A DNA stretch of 63,555 bases, filler included, from Craspedostauros australis (GCA_030167865.1; 12 parts of 12 records of this genome joined end to end with filler, not necessarily neighbours in it), one strand, 5' to 3'. Shown: positions 10,376 to 23,925, counted from the whole stretch's first letter. Notes: generated by a model not told the origin, from the letters alone. Program-made: numbers and translations.

Positions 10376-12016
10376 TCACTTGTTCGATCCGGACAAGTTC
10401 AGGATGTCGCTGAACTCCGCCATGTCGGCTTGCTTCCATTGTGCTGCAGACAGCGGTCCGCCGTTGGCATCCTTGATGCGCTGCATGGCCGACGAGAACT
10501 TCTCGATGCGCTGCATCCCGACCCTCAGCACATCGATGGGCTGCCAGGCGTAGCAGATACGGTAATGTCCAGGGCGATGATCGCGCTGCGCTGCGCCGGG
10601 CGTCATGAGGAGACGGCAATACTGGAAGAGCATCTGCGTCAAGGCTGCTTCTGCGTCGAAGCCGTCAGTGTTGGTGTCCGGAAGCAACGACGAAAAGTCC
10701 GCGTAGACGAAGATCCCGGCGTCGGCCGGTATGTACGGGATGTTCAACCGGTCCAATGCCTGCGTGCAGACGTCGTACGACTGCTGCAGCATGTCGCGCG
10801 ACTTGCCCAAGAAGGAGGACGTGAAGTCATCGTCGAGCAGCATGGATGCCATGATCAATTGCATTGGATGGCTCACGAGTGAAAAGGCATTCAAGTTTCC
10901 CAGCGCCTTCATGAGCTTCGTGTTGTGCGTGAGCAACGTCCCGATGCGGAACCCGCTGGCTCCGAAGTCCTTGGACATGGCCCAGACGAAGTGGACGTCG
11001 TTGCCCAGATCATTGTTCAGAATCTTGAGGATGGACGTGAACTTGGTCGAAGCATTCTCGCGGACGGACATGCCATAGATCTCATCGACCACGATGTGTA
11101 GCTTCTTGCTTTTTGCCCAATCAATCAGCTGCTGCATCAATTCCTCATCGCAGATTACACCGAAGGGGTTGTTCGGATTGGTCAGCAGCAGAAAGCGGAC
11201 AGTCTGACCTTCCTTCGTCGCCTTTTGGTATCCCGCCTCGAGTTCTTCCACAGTCGGTCCGCGTTCCGGGTGCTGCATGGGGACACCGATGGGCTGGCAG
11301 CCCGCGATGGACCCCATGTCGTTTTCGAACGCTGCATAGTACGGCGAGGGGACCAGGCAACCGTCACCCGGCTCGCCCAATGCGTAGAACAGGTAGTGCA
11401 GGATGGATCCTGCACCCGCGCTAATCAGGACGTTGTCGGGTGAAATGTGCTTCAACGCTTCGTCCTTCGTGACAGTGGTATCGCAAAGCAAAAAGTTCTT
11501 GGCGATGAAGTACGCCACCGCTTCGCGCGCCCGCAACAAGCCTTCGTGGGGACCGTAGCAGTAGACGCCGGAGTTGTTGAAGGAGTCTCTCATGGTGACG
11601 AACGCGGGGTCCTTACCCTTCTTTGTTATGCTGTTGCCGCTGTCGCCGGTCACCACCAAGCGATCTTTCAGCAATGGCAGGGTCAGCCTGTTCTCCGCAA
11701 CACAAAGAGCAATGTGCCCATCCGGATTGTCGGTCGCGTGGTATGGATCGCCAAGGCACTTGAAGAAAAGAGAAAAATAGGGTAAGAAAGGCCTCAGGGC
11801 GAGCTCACCTCGGCTGCTCAATGGCGTCGGCCCCTCTTCGTCGTGCTCATTCGCTTTCGCCTTCTGCAGTTGCTGCTGTTGCTTCGAGGGAAGCACATCG
11901 CTCGATGTTCCCACGAACTTGGATGCTGCCTTCGCTGTCGCCACCCCAAGCAGAAATGCCGACAAAGTGGGCACCAGCAACGAGATGGGGACGTTGGCAC
12001 TGATGAACTTCACCAT
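10376..12016 (-). CDS. ACC-synthase-like PLP-dependent enzyme (aminotransferase class I/II) with a hydrophobic N-terminus
   Basis: Motifs ALCVAENRL, PSPYYAAF, TNPNNPFG, DEIYG, SKDFGASGFRIG (PLP lysine) and YRICYA. Likely start MVKFISANV at 12016. Confidence 0.85.
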   Translation of the reverse strand: MVKFISANVPISLLVPTLSAFLLGVATAKAASKFVGTSSDVLPSKQQQQLQKAKANEHDEEGPTPLSSRGELALRPFLPYFSLFFKCLGDPYHATDNPDGHIALCVAENRLTLPLLKDRLVVTGDSGNSITKKGKDPAFVTMRDSFNNSGVYCYGPHEGLLRAREAVAYFIAKNFLLCDTTVTKDEALKHISPDNVLISAGAGSILHYLFYALGEPGDGCLVPSPYYAAFENDMGSIAGCQPIGVPMQHPERGPTVEELEAGYQKATKEGQTVRFLLLTNPNNPFGVICDEELMQQLIDWAKSKKLHIVVDEIYGMSVRENASTKFTSILKILNNDLGNDVHFVWAMSKDFGASGFRIGTLLTHNTKLMKALGNLNAFSLVSHPMQLIMASMLLDDDFTSSFLGKSRDMLQQSYDVCTQALDRLNIPYIPADAGIFVYADFSSLLPDTNTDGFDAEAALTQMLFQYCRLLMTPGAAQRDHRPGHYRICYAWQPIDVLRVGMQRIEKFSSAMQRIKDANGGPLSAAQWKQADMAEFSDILNLSGSNK

Positions 12017-13390
12017 GATTGCTGAGCCTTGTGAAGAGATGGGTGTACTCGTAGTATGGGAAAGTATGCTTGGTATCTCTGCTGCAAAGGAGGCGTGCGA
12101 GAATTGGATCCTTGTATCGTGCACCCGCTCACCACAGATCTGTTGTTGTTCTTTTGTGGGTGGACGGAGCAGAGAACGATGATGATGTGTGGATTGGGCA
12201 ATAGATCGCCGACCTTGTGTTCGATGATGTTCTTTCGTTTTCGTGACAGAAACAGGACTGGATTCGTGACCTGCAGAGTTCGTCCAAATCAGCAGAGTAG
12301 AGTTCAGGAGAGTAGAGCGGTACTCCCAACAACAGCATTGGCTTCGTGGCGTGGGTGTTGTGGCGCGGCTCGTATACATTCGTGTGCCGGATCAGCGATG
12401 GCAGTTCAACCCTCCAGTGGTGATTTCTTTTGTGACCCTCGACTAGCTGAAGGTCACAGTCCATTGCTTCTGGTTCGGCACCTGTCTGCCATCAAAGGCG
12501 AAAACTGGACACATCCGCAGGCTCCTCTTGGCATCAGTGTGAATGGGCACATAAGTCGTCGCCGTCACTGGCCAACGGTGTGTATACTCCAACTTGTCCA
12601 ACGATCTGCGAGCATGAATGATTCCTCAAGCTGAGTACCGCTGCAGTCAAAGTTCGAGAATATCATATACAAGGAACCAGCACCAGGCCAGCCAACGAAT
12701 TCAAACGAAGGCACGCTTGCGCTCCTTCCGCCGTGATTGCGATTCTCCTGTTGTTGGGCTCGTCGTGAGTGACAGGAGCTTTCAGGAACACGAAGCGCAC
12801 ATTGGAGGTGATCCTATCCGCAGATACTCGTGTGTGTGATGGGGAGCTGTGGCGCGACATCAGTGCACATGTCTCGAAGCATCACAAGGGATTCCGTCTT
12901 CGTTGTTCCCTTTTCATGGCACTTGATAGGCCGTTCATCGGTGCATCACTGCTTCCTCCAACAATGGGATGGTGTGCTTCAACAAGCGACGTATCGGTAC
13001 CGCCGGCGGATCTGAATTCATGGTGGATGTGAGAGTGACCAGGAAGACAGTCATACCGCGCTCCGGTTGCATCTGGGAACGACAGACACGCTGGTGGCTG
13101 TGTCCAGAAGAAGCTGTCATACCATACTGTCCATTCCTTTCTCGACATATTGTTGAAACCCCGGTGTGCGTATGTGCTCAGTTGGCCATCTTCTGCTGGA
13201 AAAGCGCAGGGAGACGCCCTACGCTCAACCAATCACCCCTCAGCGAGAAAGCGGTCTATTACAAGCGTTGGAAGCAGGAAATGACATAAGCACCATGCAA
13301 TCTACTCGACGAAGTATCTCATCATAAATATTCTAATATGTTATGTACTCTATCCACTGAAAGGCAGTTCTACTCGCACCATTGCTCCTC

Positions 13391-13850
13391 TTAGAACAAC
13401 ATCGCGATGGAGCCCAACAGAGACACAGCCACCAATGCACCAAACTTCCATTCCAAAACAACATCGGCGCCGGACTCATCAACATTGGCCTCATCAACCT
13501 CACCACTCACTCCACCGACATCTTCAGCAAGGAACTTGTCCAATGCCTTCTGAGCCAAGGAAGAAAGAGCACGCCCACCTCCTCCATTGTTGCCCGCATC
13601 ACTGCAGTCCAACATGTCAGCCTCAAAGCCAGGACAGCTGCCGAAGTTGATGTTGTAGAACGCATCCCAACGGTTGGACTGCATCCCGAACAACGCATCC
13701 GGGTTCGCCTCCAAGTTCTCACGAACGATGAAGTCGAAGCACAATGGCGTGAATCGTCCGAACCCAACATCACGGCCGATGTCGAAGCAGATGGTCTGCT
13801 TTCCGGTGAAGGTGATGAACTCGAAGTTATCACGAGGACGCGCGGAAGGG
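13391..13850 (-). CDS. 3' part of the same surface protein (copy 2, inverted)
   Basis: Reverse complement of 3688-4147; the ORF-track translations are identical. Confidence 0.6.
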
Positions 13851-14486
13851 NNNNNNNNNNNNNNNNNNNNNNNNNNNNNNNNNNNNNNNNNNNNTTAATT
13901 AATTAANNNNNNNNNNNNNNNNNNNNNNNNNNNNNNNNNNNNNNNNNNNNCTGGCATTCTCTGCCCTCTTGATGTGGTTGGCGCCGCATCGTTCATGGAG
14001 AAGGATGGTATGATTGCGGCTGAGCAATGGTACCCATGGTACCATTTTGGTCGCCGTCGCGGCAAAACAATGTGAATACAGACGCCACCGCCAGCTGTGG
14101 GGTTGGGAACGAGGTTCTGTCCTTCCTGTGATGATGGCCCATGTCCATGTTTGCGATTCTTTGTGATCGCTCCTGTGCGTGGAACCAAGAGGTTTCGATG
14201 GATGAACGCCATTCGACAAACTGCGGACCGCTGCTGTGGGGATGGTCGGACTCGTTTCCTTTGTTACTCTGCATCTACTCATAGTTTTGATGTTGTTGCT
14301 GCTCTTATCTCAAACATACGATCTACCCGTTGACGCCAATGGCACAAGTGTTATTTATAAGACCATGAAAAGAGAGACTGACACAGCAACGATGGATGAA
14401 GGGATCATATTATTAGGATGTGATTTGTCTGTACAAGTAAAACATGCGGTACCGTGCAAGTGCCATGACAACGCCGTTTGTTTGTC

Positions 14487-14517
14487 AACCAACCAACCAA
14501 CCAACCAACCAACCAAC
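14487..14517. repeat. (AACC)n microsatellite
   Basis: About 7 tandem AACC units. Confidence 0.9.
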
Positions 14518-17500
14518 AACTCAGCAAACGAACACTCCCTCGGTGCCACCAACCCTTGCGACAAAGCCGAATGAGACAACGCTGTCGAAAAGTCGAACCT
14601 GGAGATGCGGCCAGCTGCTAAAAACAGCTCGGCCAGTATTCGTTGTTGTTGGCGGAGAGGTTCTCATTCGCGGCGTTGATGGCCAGCGCCAAGGATCAGT
14701 CGTCGACACCCCAGCGAACACTTTGCGGAATCTCATGGGGCGAAGTGTTGTGTTCGTCGTTGGTCTTGCTCGCGGAGAGGTGTCCGTGTCTGTGTCTCTG
14801 TCTGGTCTGCCTCACGAGCAGTAGTAGAGACGTACGCTGACGCGTTCACCCAAGGGAAGGCAACACCGCGGCGCCCCTCTTCATGCAGGCATCACTTTGA
14901 TCCATGGCGATCATGATCATGTGATCGCTTGTCATTCACCGAAATCGGCATTGGCATCGTACTCGTGTGCGGGCAGGCATTTTCTCTATTATATCATACC
15001 TAGAATATTATATGAAATCACTTCTACAGTGGTTTTGCGACATGCTTTCTCTGTAGCGATTCAGCCGAGAACGATGAACTGAATTGGAGGGGACGAAAAG
15101 AGATGAAACAACCGAGGCATGGCAATCGATCATGATGTTGAAAAGTAGGGGGAGCAACAAGAAGGAGGAGCACAGGAAGCGCAAACTGACGAAGGAGATG
15201 GGTTGACCAGAAGTGCGGCGCATCAAAACCGAATCAAAACGACCGCTGGCATAGACTGACGAACAATCGCGCTTCTCCTTCCCGTCTTTTGTCGATCATC
15301 GAAGTGCCGGACCCAAGGAGGAAGCGGAAGCAAAGAATGACAAGAGATGGTGGGGACATCACAGCGCGGCAACGGTGTCCAAAGGTGTTTCGGCCTCTCC
15401 CTCTCATGTACCTCCACTTCCGCTTCCGCTTCCAAGACACCGACGATGAAAGTTTGCTTGTGTCAGTGAGTGCTGAGATGTACTGACACTTACCATCGCG
15501 CGCTCTGGTTCGTCATGTTTGTGGTTGTTGCAGTTGCGGTCGTGGTTGCTGTCAGAAGAGTGCGGCGGTGATGGTTGAGGCGGCGGCGGCAGTCGGAGAG
15601 GAGGTCTCACCATCCTGTTGGAACTGTTCGAAGTGCTTGGCGCGCCATTGGAGCCCTGCGTTGTGCTCTGCGGTACTCGGTTTCATCTCCTTGTTTTTGA
15701 CACGACGATGACCCATGAGCATGGTTGTGGTCTTGATCTTGATCTTGGTCATGAAAACATGGCATTCTCTTGGCGTTGATGCTGTTGGCATGGATCTCCA
15801 CACACCTTGCATGGCTCTTTGCTCTTCTCCATGTGATTGCGCGGAGTGTGGCACGAGCTCATGTGGCGGCGGAGTACAGCGAAAGAGAAAAGACGCTTTG
15901 CCTCTTTGCGTGGATGGCGTGGTACTGACCGAGCCATCATCAAGATGTGCGCTTTCAGTGTTCCTGTTTCTCACTCTCCCCTTCACGTTTTGTTTCGTTT
16001 GTGCCAGCAGCCATTTGGTCAACTTCGGTGGCCAACCCTTCTCCGTTCCTCGAAAGGAGAACGGTCATCATCAGTTGGACATCAAACATGCCTCGCCGCG
16101 GTATACAACTTCAATGGAGTATTTGTACTCGCGCAGATAGGGGGATCCGAGCGAACTGTCGACAGCGTTTCCGACAAACGACAACCCACCACCAGCAACC
16201 GCCATGGGTCAAAGCCAACAGCAGCCACCAACAGACTTGGGCTTCAAGCGCTCAAGTGGCTGACGCCATCAGCAGTGAGGATCCCAGCAACGAAGACACA
16301 ACGAAACAACCAGATCATAACAACTCTGCACCATGACACGAGTCTGCACATAGTGACAGCAACTTGGGAACCGCGGTAAATACGTTTTCGGCGTCGTTTT
16401 CCAATGGGACTGCCTTAGTAGTCCATTTAGTCCGTGCGCTTGGCATCACAAAACGCAAAAGTACTACTGTAGACGTGTGATCGACGTCCCGTGGGAGAGG
16501 CTATGAACACTAGGAGCTACTTCTGTTGCCATTGATTGCCCAGTGCAGGACAGGTCGACGGGGCTTAGCCAGCATCTGCGCCATCAATTTTTGGCTGGAT
16601 GTCTTTGGACATGTTGCCACCAACCGTGTTGAGGCCAATCGCCCAGGTACGCGCTTTCTGGGCTTGATCTTCGTTGTGCAGTCTTGCTTCAACAGTGGAA
16701 ACAGTGAGCGCAACCACGAACGCAGGTAGAGGGCATAGCCTCGCGTGTACTCTGTGGTACAGGAAGCACCTCTGTCCTGACCAGAATAGCCTGCGAGTGC
16801 GAGCGGACACATCCTGCGTGCCGAATGTGACATGACATGTTCCGTTTGCAAACTGAGGCAAGGGCGATAGGAAGAGAAGGTGGATGGAGTTGCGTGAACT
16901 TCGAAGCGGTATTCGCCAGTACGATGGTTGATGCACGGGGCGGCTTGGCTGTCCAAATGTCCAAAAGCGATTTCTTCATCTTGATGAGAACGAGTGTTTT
17001 GTCCTACAGCAACAGAAGATGGCGGAACAACTATGCCTTCTATGACGTCACAATGCATGAGGAGTCGTCATGTGAGTCCGCACCACGATCCATGCGATTA
17101 ATTGTTTGACTGCGCAGATAACACGCAAGGTTAGTGGCGTCACATGACTCGAAATGACGCAGTGAGTGTCCACCTGGGCGAACGATGATGCGATCGCATC
17201 GGCCTTCACGTCGCTTTCGCAGTCACTGATGTGGGAGCAGGTCATTCCCACCCGTTGCCCGATCAGTTGTCATCTCGAGTCTGACTCACACAAATGGGGA
17301 GAAGTTCTCTTTTCGCTCAGCCTGGTTGGGGAAACGTCGGCACATCATCTGGACCGAACGAGCACAGGAAGCTGCCGGCATTCGTCGTCCACAGAAGCAT
17401 TGGGCCGCGGCTATGTGCCATGCGAGACGAGTCGAACTTGTGATCATTATTTATCAGGCATGATTGCGTCAACTTCTTGTTTGTGGTGCACGATGTGAGC

Positions 17501-18399
17501 GACATGTCGGAAACGAGGGGCTCTCTTCCCTCACGCAGAACAGTTCACCTCAACATAGCCCCTCCTCCAGGATCACTTGTTTCGTGTTGGGTGTTCGAAG
17601 AGATGCGCAGAGTGCAATGGTTGTGTTCGAAGGACTGCTTCGCAAGAGACACCAAGTCACTGCTTTCGCTCCTGCCAGTTTTCCTATCTTCGAGACACAT
17701 GGCTTTGAGACACCAAACTAGACATGCGATAGCACGTGTATGCAACCACACAGATTGCGAGATGGATTGGTAGCATCTTCATTTGCGCTCATTGACATCG
17801 TTGCTAGACGGGAAGCGTTGAGCTTACACTTCTGATATCTGTCCATGCATGTTCATGTCTGACTATTCAAACAACGCTAGCCTATCCCGAACGTGGATTG
17901 GCCTGACTGATGATGCACGTTTGATGGTGCTCGAATTGAGGGGTACCCGGTAGCAGACATCTTTGTGGTTGTTCTTCCGCTGGCGAGGTTGACCGCTGCA
18001 TGACCGTGACAATCGGACGCGGTGTGGACTGATACGACAATCTATTATATGTTATCCGCATCCCCCTGGCTGTGTTTGTCCGTTGAGTCATTGAGAGCCA
18101 CACTCAGTACCTGGGAATGATAGCGCGTTCTTCGTCTCGGATTTCCAGCGAACACGAGCGCTTTTGGCACATGTGAGTATCATGATACTATGCCCCAACA
18201 CACATGGGGAGCGGTGAAACTACAGTAACCGACATGTCGAACGCACCCGCACGTCGAAGAGGGAGGGGCAATACATGGGGGAGAACACGCTCCAATGTCC
18301 AAGCCCCGTCGGATCGGTGTTCTTCCGAAGTTTCGCACTCGCGAACGCGCATTGGCACTCGCGTAACCGTCACTGAGTATGTTAAGTGGCATGCATTGG

Positions 18400-19266
18400 T
18401 AGCGACATGGTCACGACACAGGATAGACGTGGGATCCCTATGAACACGCCTTGGACACGACACGGACCTGCGACAAGCACGACATGGACATGCGACAGAC
18501 ATGACAGAGGACCGGATCGACGAGCAAGGGGACGCGCAAGTGACGAGCAAGGGGACGCGCAAGTGACAACCAAATTTCTCGCAATTACCGNNNNNNNNNN
18601 NNNNNNNNNNNNNNNNNNNNNNNNNNNNNNNNNNNNNNNNNNNNNNNNNNNNNNNNNNNNNNNGGCAGAGTGCACTTTTCAAAAATAGACTGCATGAATG
18701 TAAGCGTACTGTCTATACCATGGTAGCACACGTATTTGATCTTGATTGCAACATCATTCTGAAACACAGTTGACAACAGAGATTTGCATCGCGGCGTCTC
18801 CAGACTGATCACCTACGATACTGTGACATCTCTCTATAAGTAAAGTGCGGTAAGGGACNNNNNNNNNNNNNNNNNNNNNNNNNNNNNNNNNNNNNNNNNN
18901 NNNNNNNNNNNNNNNNNNNNNNNNNNNNNNNNNNNNNNNNNNNNNNNNNNNNNNNNNNNNNNNNNNNNNNNNNNNNNNNNNNNNNNNNNNNNNNNNNNNN
19001 NNNNNNNNNNNNNNNNNNNNNNNNNNNNNNNNNNNNNNNNNNNNTTGGACGCGACCCTGTCACGACTTGGACACGACATAGGTACGACTTCGCACACTGG
19101 GCTGTACAAGGGGCGTTGCGAATGACAGAAACGCTCAACGCATGCGTGCGGAGAAACTCGTGTCCGTTCCGTTGGTCGGCCAGTTTCGACCCCATAAATA
19201 GGCGCCTGTGCTATCCGCGGGAAATACCCCGAGCAATGCACATCGTGACACAAAGAGCTGCAGGGG
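18400..19266. repeat. Repeat-like, probably TE-derived segment with recurring GACACGAC/GACATG motifs and a 23-bp tandem duplication
   Basis: GACGAGCAAGGGGACGCGCAAGT occurs twice at about 18519-18564. GACACGACA motifs occur on both sides of the N gaps. No convincing ORF. Confidence 0.35.
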
Positions 19267-19366
19267 NNNNNNNNNNNNNNNNNNNNNNNNNNNNNNNNNN
19301 NNNNNNNNNNTTAATTAATTAANNNNNNNNNNNNNNNNNNNNNNNNNNNNNNNNNNNNNNNNNNNN

Positions 19367-22170
19367 TCGATCTCTCCTGTGGTTGGGTTGCGCACCAAGT
19401 TGTTGGTGTGCACCCTTCCGTAGGACTCGATGGAGAGAAAGTCGTCCAAGGCTTCGTTGAATGTGCGACCTGGCATGTCGGCATCGGTCTCGTTGCGGTA
19501 CGCCAAGAAATCCGTCAGCCAGAACGCGGCTGGAGGTCCAACGACGAACGGATGATTGTGCACCATGTCGTCGATGAAGTCGTACATCTGCTTCTGGATG
19601 CTGGGGTCGGAGACATCGATGTCGCGGAAGTAGAAGTTGGAAAGACCGGCCAGAGCCGTCGGGCTGTACATCGGTTCGGCCTCGAGGAACTGATCGGCAT
19701 AGGATCCCTTCGGGGTGAGCATAGTGTAGTCAAAGAGTTTCTCGATCTGCGTTGCGCTCCATACTGCCATCGCAAAGAGAACTGCGAATCCCATCAGCAC
19801 TAGCACCTTCGTGATGGGGTGCAGGAGGATCTCGATGTACGTGTCGATGACCTGATTGGTCCATGGCTGCTCGGCCACGTCGACATCGGGATCGGTGTTA
19901 CGATTTTCTGGCTCGCGGCTCGGCCGAAGTGCCCGCGAAACAGCGTCCTTCACGTCGCCGAAATCCTGATTGACGGCCATCCTGAGACGGGACCTGCGGC
20001 CGAGCGGCTGGCGGTCTCCATGCAAATCGCCAAGGCCTTGGTCCATTCTGTTCCATTCCTCCTTCGCCGATACGCTATTGGCTGAGGAGTGTAAATTGTT
20101 GTCCTCGTCGCTTTCCGACGAGGCAGCGAAGTTGGATACACCTGTTGCAGATGTTTCTCCATGCCGTGCCACATCGTCGGGACGGTGCTTGACGCAGAAG
20201 AGGCAATCGTAGCGACGATTCAAGATACGGCGGTGGTTCAAGGACACCAAGGCCATGAAGAAGGTGATCTGGTACACGAAGTCCACGAAGATGGTGATGG
20301 CTGCGTAGATGCACATCCAGCGGATCGCTGGGATGTCGCACAGCGCGCCGATACCGAATGCGGCAACGTTCGTCATGGTGGTGGTGAGTATGGTCATTCC
20401 GGTCGCCGTGATGATCTCCTCGACCAGACCTTCCATCGAGACGTTCTTGCTTTCGCCGTACGTCATCTCGTTGAGCTGGCGCTCGTAGGCACCCCAAATG
20501 ATGAAGGCATCGTCCAGACCGATGCCGAAGATGATGATGGGCAGGGCCAGGGTCAGCGAGGTGAATGGGAGCTGGAAGAGACTGCTGATGCCGTAGCCTG
20601 CCATGATGCTGAGCATGATGGTGATCATGGCTCCCAGGCCAAGGATGCCGCTGGAATGGACGAAGCGGGACTGTTCGACCTTGTGCTTTCCGAAGCGGGT
20701 GAAGATGAGTGTTGAGATGATGCCCATCAGGACGAACGTGCCGCCAGCCAGAGGAACATCCTTCAGCATGCCCTCCGTCACCGCCATCGTGATGGTCGTG
20801 GTCGTGATCGTCTCGCAACGGTAAACGTGGCCTTCGGAGCCTGCTTGTTGAGCCGTGACATCGGCACCAGTCTTCACCCAATGCCTGTCGAGGGCTTCGG
20901 CCTCATCTGTTATCTCCGCGTCGAGATTCATGTACTTTTCTTCCTCTAGCACATAAGGCACGAACAACTCGATTTTGTATGCATTGAGGAAGGACAAGGA
21001 TGATTGGGCCTGCTTCTCGGCTTCTTCGTTGCTTGCTGTAGAAGCATGAACCGGTGACGGCGAGAAGATCCGGATTTGTGGCACACGCCAACCATCGGGG
21101 AAGTACTCTTGAGAGATTGTGTCGGAGAGATCCTGGTTGATCAAATTCATCACGTACGCATCCGCGCCTTCGCTACCAGCATTGCTTTTGTCAATCGAGG
21201 CGGCCACGGACTCGATGTACTCCTCAAAGGCGGCCCTGTTGTCTGGGAGTCCCCAGAATCTGGTGACTCCAACGAAGATACAGAAATCTTGGTCACCGGA
21301 AGCAAGAGTGGTGTTCGCATCGCCAGTTTCTCCGATGTTCTCGTCCACGTTCGCAGATGATGGATTATCCAACATGTACTGGCGAGGTATGTCGATGCAC
21401 ATCGCGCGATAGCCATCAGTGCGTTGGATCGCTTGGATAGCGTCGTAGACATGGTTGATGCCATTGACCGAAAGGATGTTGTCGTCGGGGCTGTCCGTGT
21501 GGATGATCATGGAGGTAATGCGTCTCTTGGGGAAGGACGACGCAGCGCCAAACTGCTGCCTGTCCACCCATTCGCTGTCGCGCCTCGCCGGGCCGTTACG
21601 CGGCGCCCAGAGGGACATTCCATCGTTATCGACGTAGAAGGATCCCGTGAGAACGGAGATGCAAGGGATTGCGATGCTGATGATCGTGAGGAAGGCAATG
21701 CAGCAGATCGCGTTGTTGGTGGCCGCCAGAGCAAGCGGAATGATCACCTTGCGCATGATAACTCCATCGACTTTCATGATCCCGCGGGAATAGCGGTAGG
21801 CCATGGTGAGTTGTTTCACAGATCGGCGAACCAACGATTCGCGTCGTGGTCGGGCGCTGATGGGTGCAGAGCCATCCTCTTCTGCCATATCCCTTGGCGA
21901 CAACGAGCGGCTCGACCTGAAGCTCCAACGCCACGAGGAGCTGGATCTCATGTCTTGGCGTCGACACTCGATTTCTCCACCTGTCTCTTCGTCACCGCCG
22001 TCGATCAGGTCCGCGCCGGCGAAGCAGACCTTGGCCTGGGCCTGGGCGTCAGTTTTTTGGTTGGACGACGCATCCGAAACACAGCTGTTGCTGCCGGAGC
22101 CTTCGAGGCTGGCTGTGCCGGTCTTGGCATCCGCTGTGGAGGCAGAAGGGATGGACGCTTTGTCTGGCAT
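19367..22170 (-). CDS. Patched/NPC1-family sterol-sensing-domain (RND) membrane protein, 3' truncated by the contig end
   Basis: SSD motifs FGIGLDDAFII, TILTTTMTNVAAFGIG and FVYQITFFMAL; multiple TM helices with large lumenal loops. Confidence 0.9.
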
Positions 22171-23363
22171 GGTGAGGGCTTAGGGTTCGTGCTGTTTTGG
22201 AGTATTGTGAAGTAGTATGCATGCACTGGTATGAGTATGGCACTGATACTACGATCTGTGTCGACGTTTGGCAGATTGCTTCGAGTGTTGGAGGGTCCGG
22301 AATGTGCGAGAGCCAGTGTGGTACGGTGGATGATGGCGAATTGGTTGACAGTACGAGTACTATGTGTCTGTAGAATATCGCGTCAATGGTGGTCGTTGGA
22401 CTTGATTTATTTTGTGAAGACTTGAGATGCAGAGCGTCTTCGTTGGCGGAAACGACGAAACATGAAGCCAGAGGTATCATTGATCGTGCAATTGTACACT
22501 ATGCAGTCTAATCTACTGCAACATAACGTGTTATCGTCGCAAACTCAGACACGCACAAACTTCACTCTCCCATCCCTGCCTCCCTCTCAACAGAGAGAGA
22601 GAGAGAGAGATGGAAGAGAAGATGCTTTTAGCTCTCTCTACCAACGGAGAGGGCACCCGCCCCACTACTTTGGTGCACTCGAACTTGCGCATAGATCGTG
22701 TCAAGTGAGATCTGCGACAAACCGCATTGCAGAACAACTCCGCATGAATTGTCTGAGTGGTCTTGGAAGAACATGCGTTCCACGGGAAAATGCATGGGGG
22801 GAGTTGAGATTCAATAAGGGACAGACTGGAGGTGTTTGCGTGGCTCATAATTTCATAATATCGGCTTCTAAGCCAATCAGATCACTCCATTATGAACACA
22901 AGATACCTTTCGAACAGGGGGTGACCANGANNGAAACGANCGTATAACGTCAATCGAAAAAATTATGAAATCCTGGNGTTGAGTTATGAACGCCCCAAAA
23001 AGACCGTTCATAACTCAACTCTCACTTTTCGTCGAGATCTCATCTCGTGCCTTCCTCTCAAATCGCTCCCTCCGACGACAATTTTGGAGTTTCTGTGATG
23101 TCCTCCCTCACAAGCGTTGACATCAGTTTTTATCGACCTCTGTCGGTCAAGTATCGTCACGCGACCCTCCACTTCCTCCCTTGCATGCACCATCAATCTG
23201 TGTCNNNNNNNNNNNNNNNNNNNNNNNNNNNNNNNNNNNNNNNNNNNNNNNNNNTGTCCATCTCCTTTCATGCACGTCGTGGCCTTCCTTCATGTAGCTT
23301 GTTCCAAGAGCTTGTGGTATGATTAGCGTTTTGTGTTACATTATTGGCATCTGCTCTATCATC

Positions 23364-23825
23364 ATGGATTACTCCTCTTTCCTCCAACGCCGCCGCGAGG
23401 TAGCCACCGCCACCGTCCTCATCATCATCGCCGAGCAACTAATGGCACAGCAGCGTCTTCTCACGTTCGCTGTGGCTGACTACCTCCATGACAGCTTGCC
23501 CACTGCTTTGTGCAGAGGTCGCTACAAGAGCTCAGGGGTTTTCTCGCGTGATACCGGCACCTTCTGGCAAAACATTCTGGAACATGGTGATGCCATGGAG
23601 TTCTACAACTTCATTGGCATCACCAGGGAGTCCTTCGTCCAACTCGCCGCTGTCTTGAAGCCATCCATCGAGGCTCTTCTGGTCAACCAACGATCTGTGG
23701 CCCCGCGTCGATGTGATTTGGCACGTCGCAGATTCACACATATTGATGTGACAGCAATCGTTTTGAAGTATCTCACTTCAAAGGCCGAGCTCAAGAACCT
23801 CTCGCCCCAATTCGGTTGCATCGTT
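23364..23825 (+). mobile_element. Probable PIF/Harbinger (DDE_Tnp_4-type) transposase, N-terminal part
   Basis: FWQNILEHGDAMEFYNFIGITRESFVQLAAVL and AIVLKYLTSKAELKNLSPQFG resemble Harbinger N-terminal/HTH blocks. The catalytic core is beyond the contig end. Confidence 0.6.
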
Positions 23826-23925
23826 NNNNNNNNNNNNNNNNNNNNNNNNNNNNNNNNNNNNNNNNNNNNTTAATTAATTAANNNNNNNNNNNNNNNNNNN
23901 NNNNNNNNNNNNNNNNNNNNNNNNN

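Larger units (their letters stand above)
3688..13850. repeat. 502-bp inverted repeat pair (3688-4189 and 13349-13850) forming both ends of the contig
   Basis: Compared by eye and via matching ORF translations. The first mismatch seen is 4190/13348, about 40 nt past the stop codon. Confidence 0.93.

Noticed and set aside
13951..18400. Many short ORFs
   Set aside because: No recognisable domains or consistent coding frame; treated as non-coding or decayed DNA.
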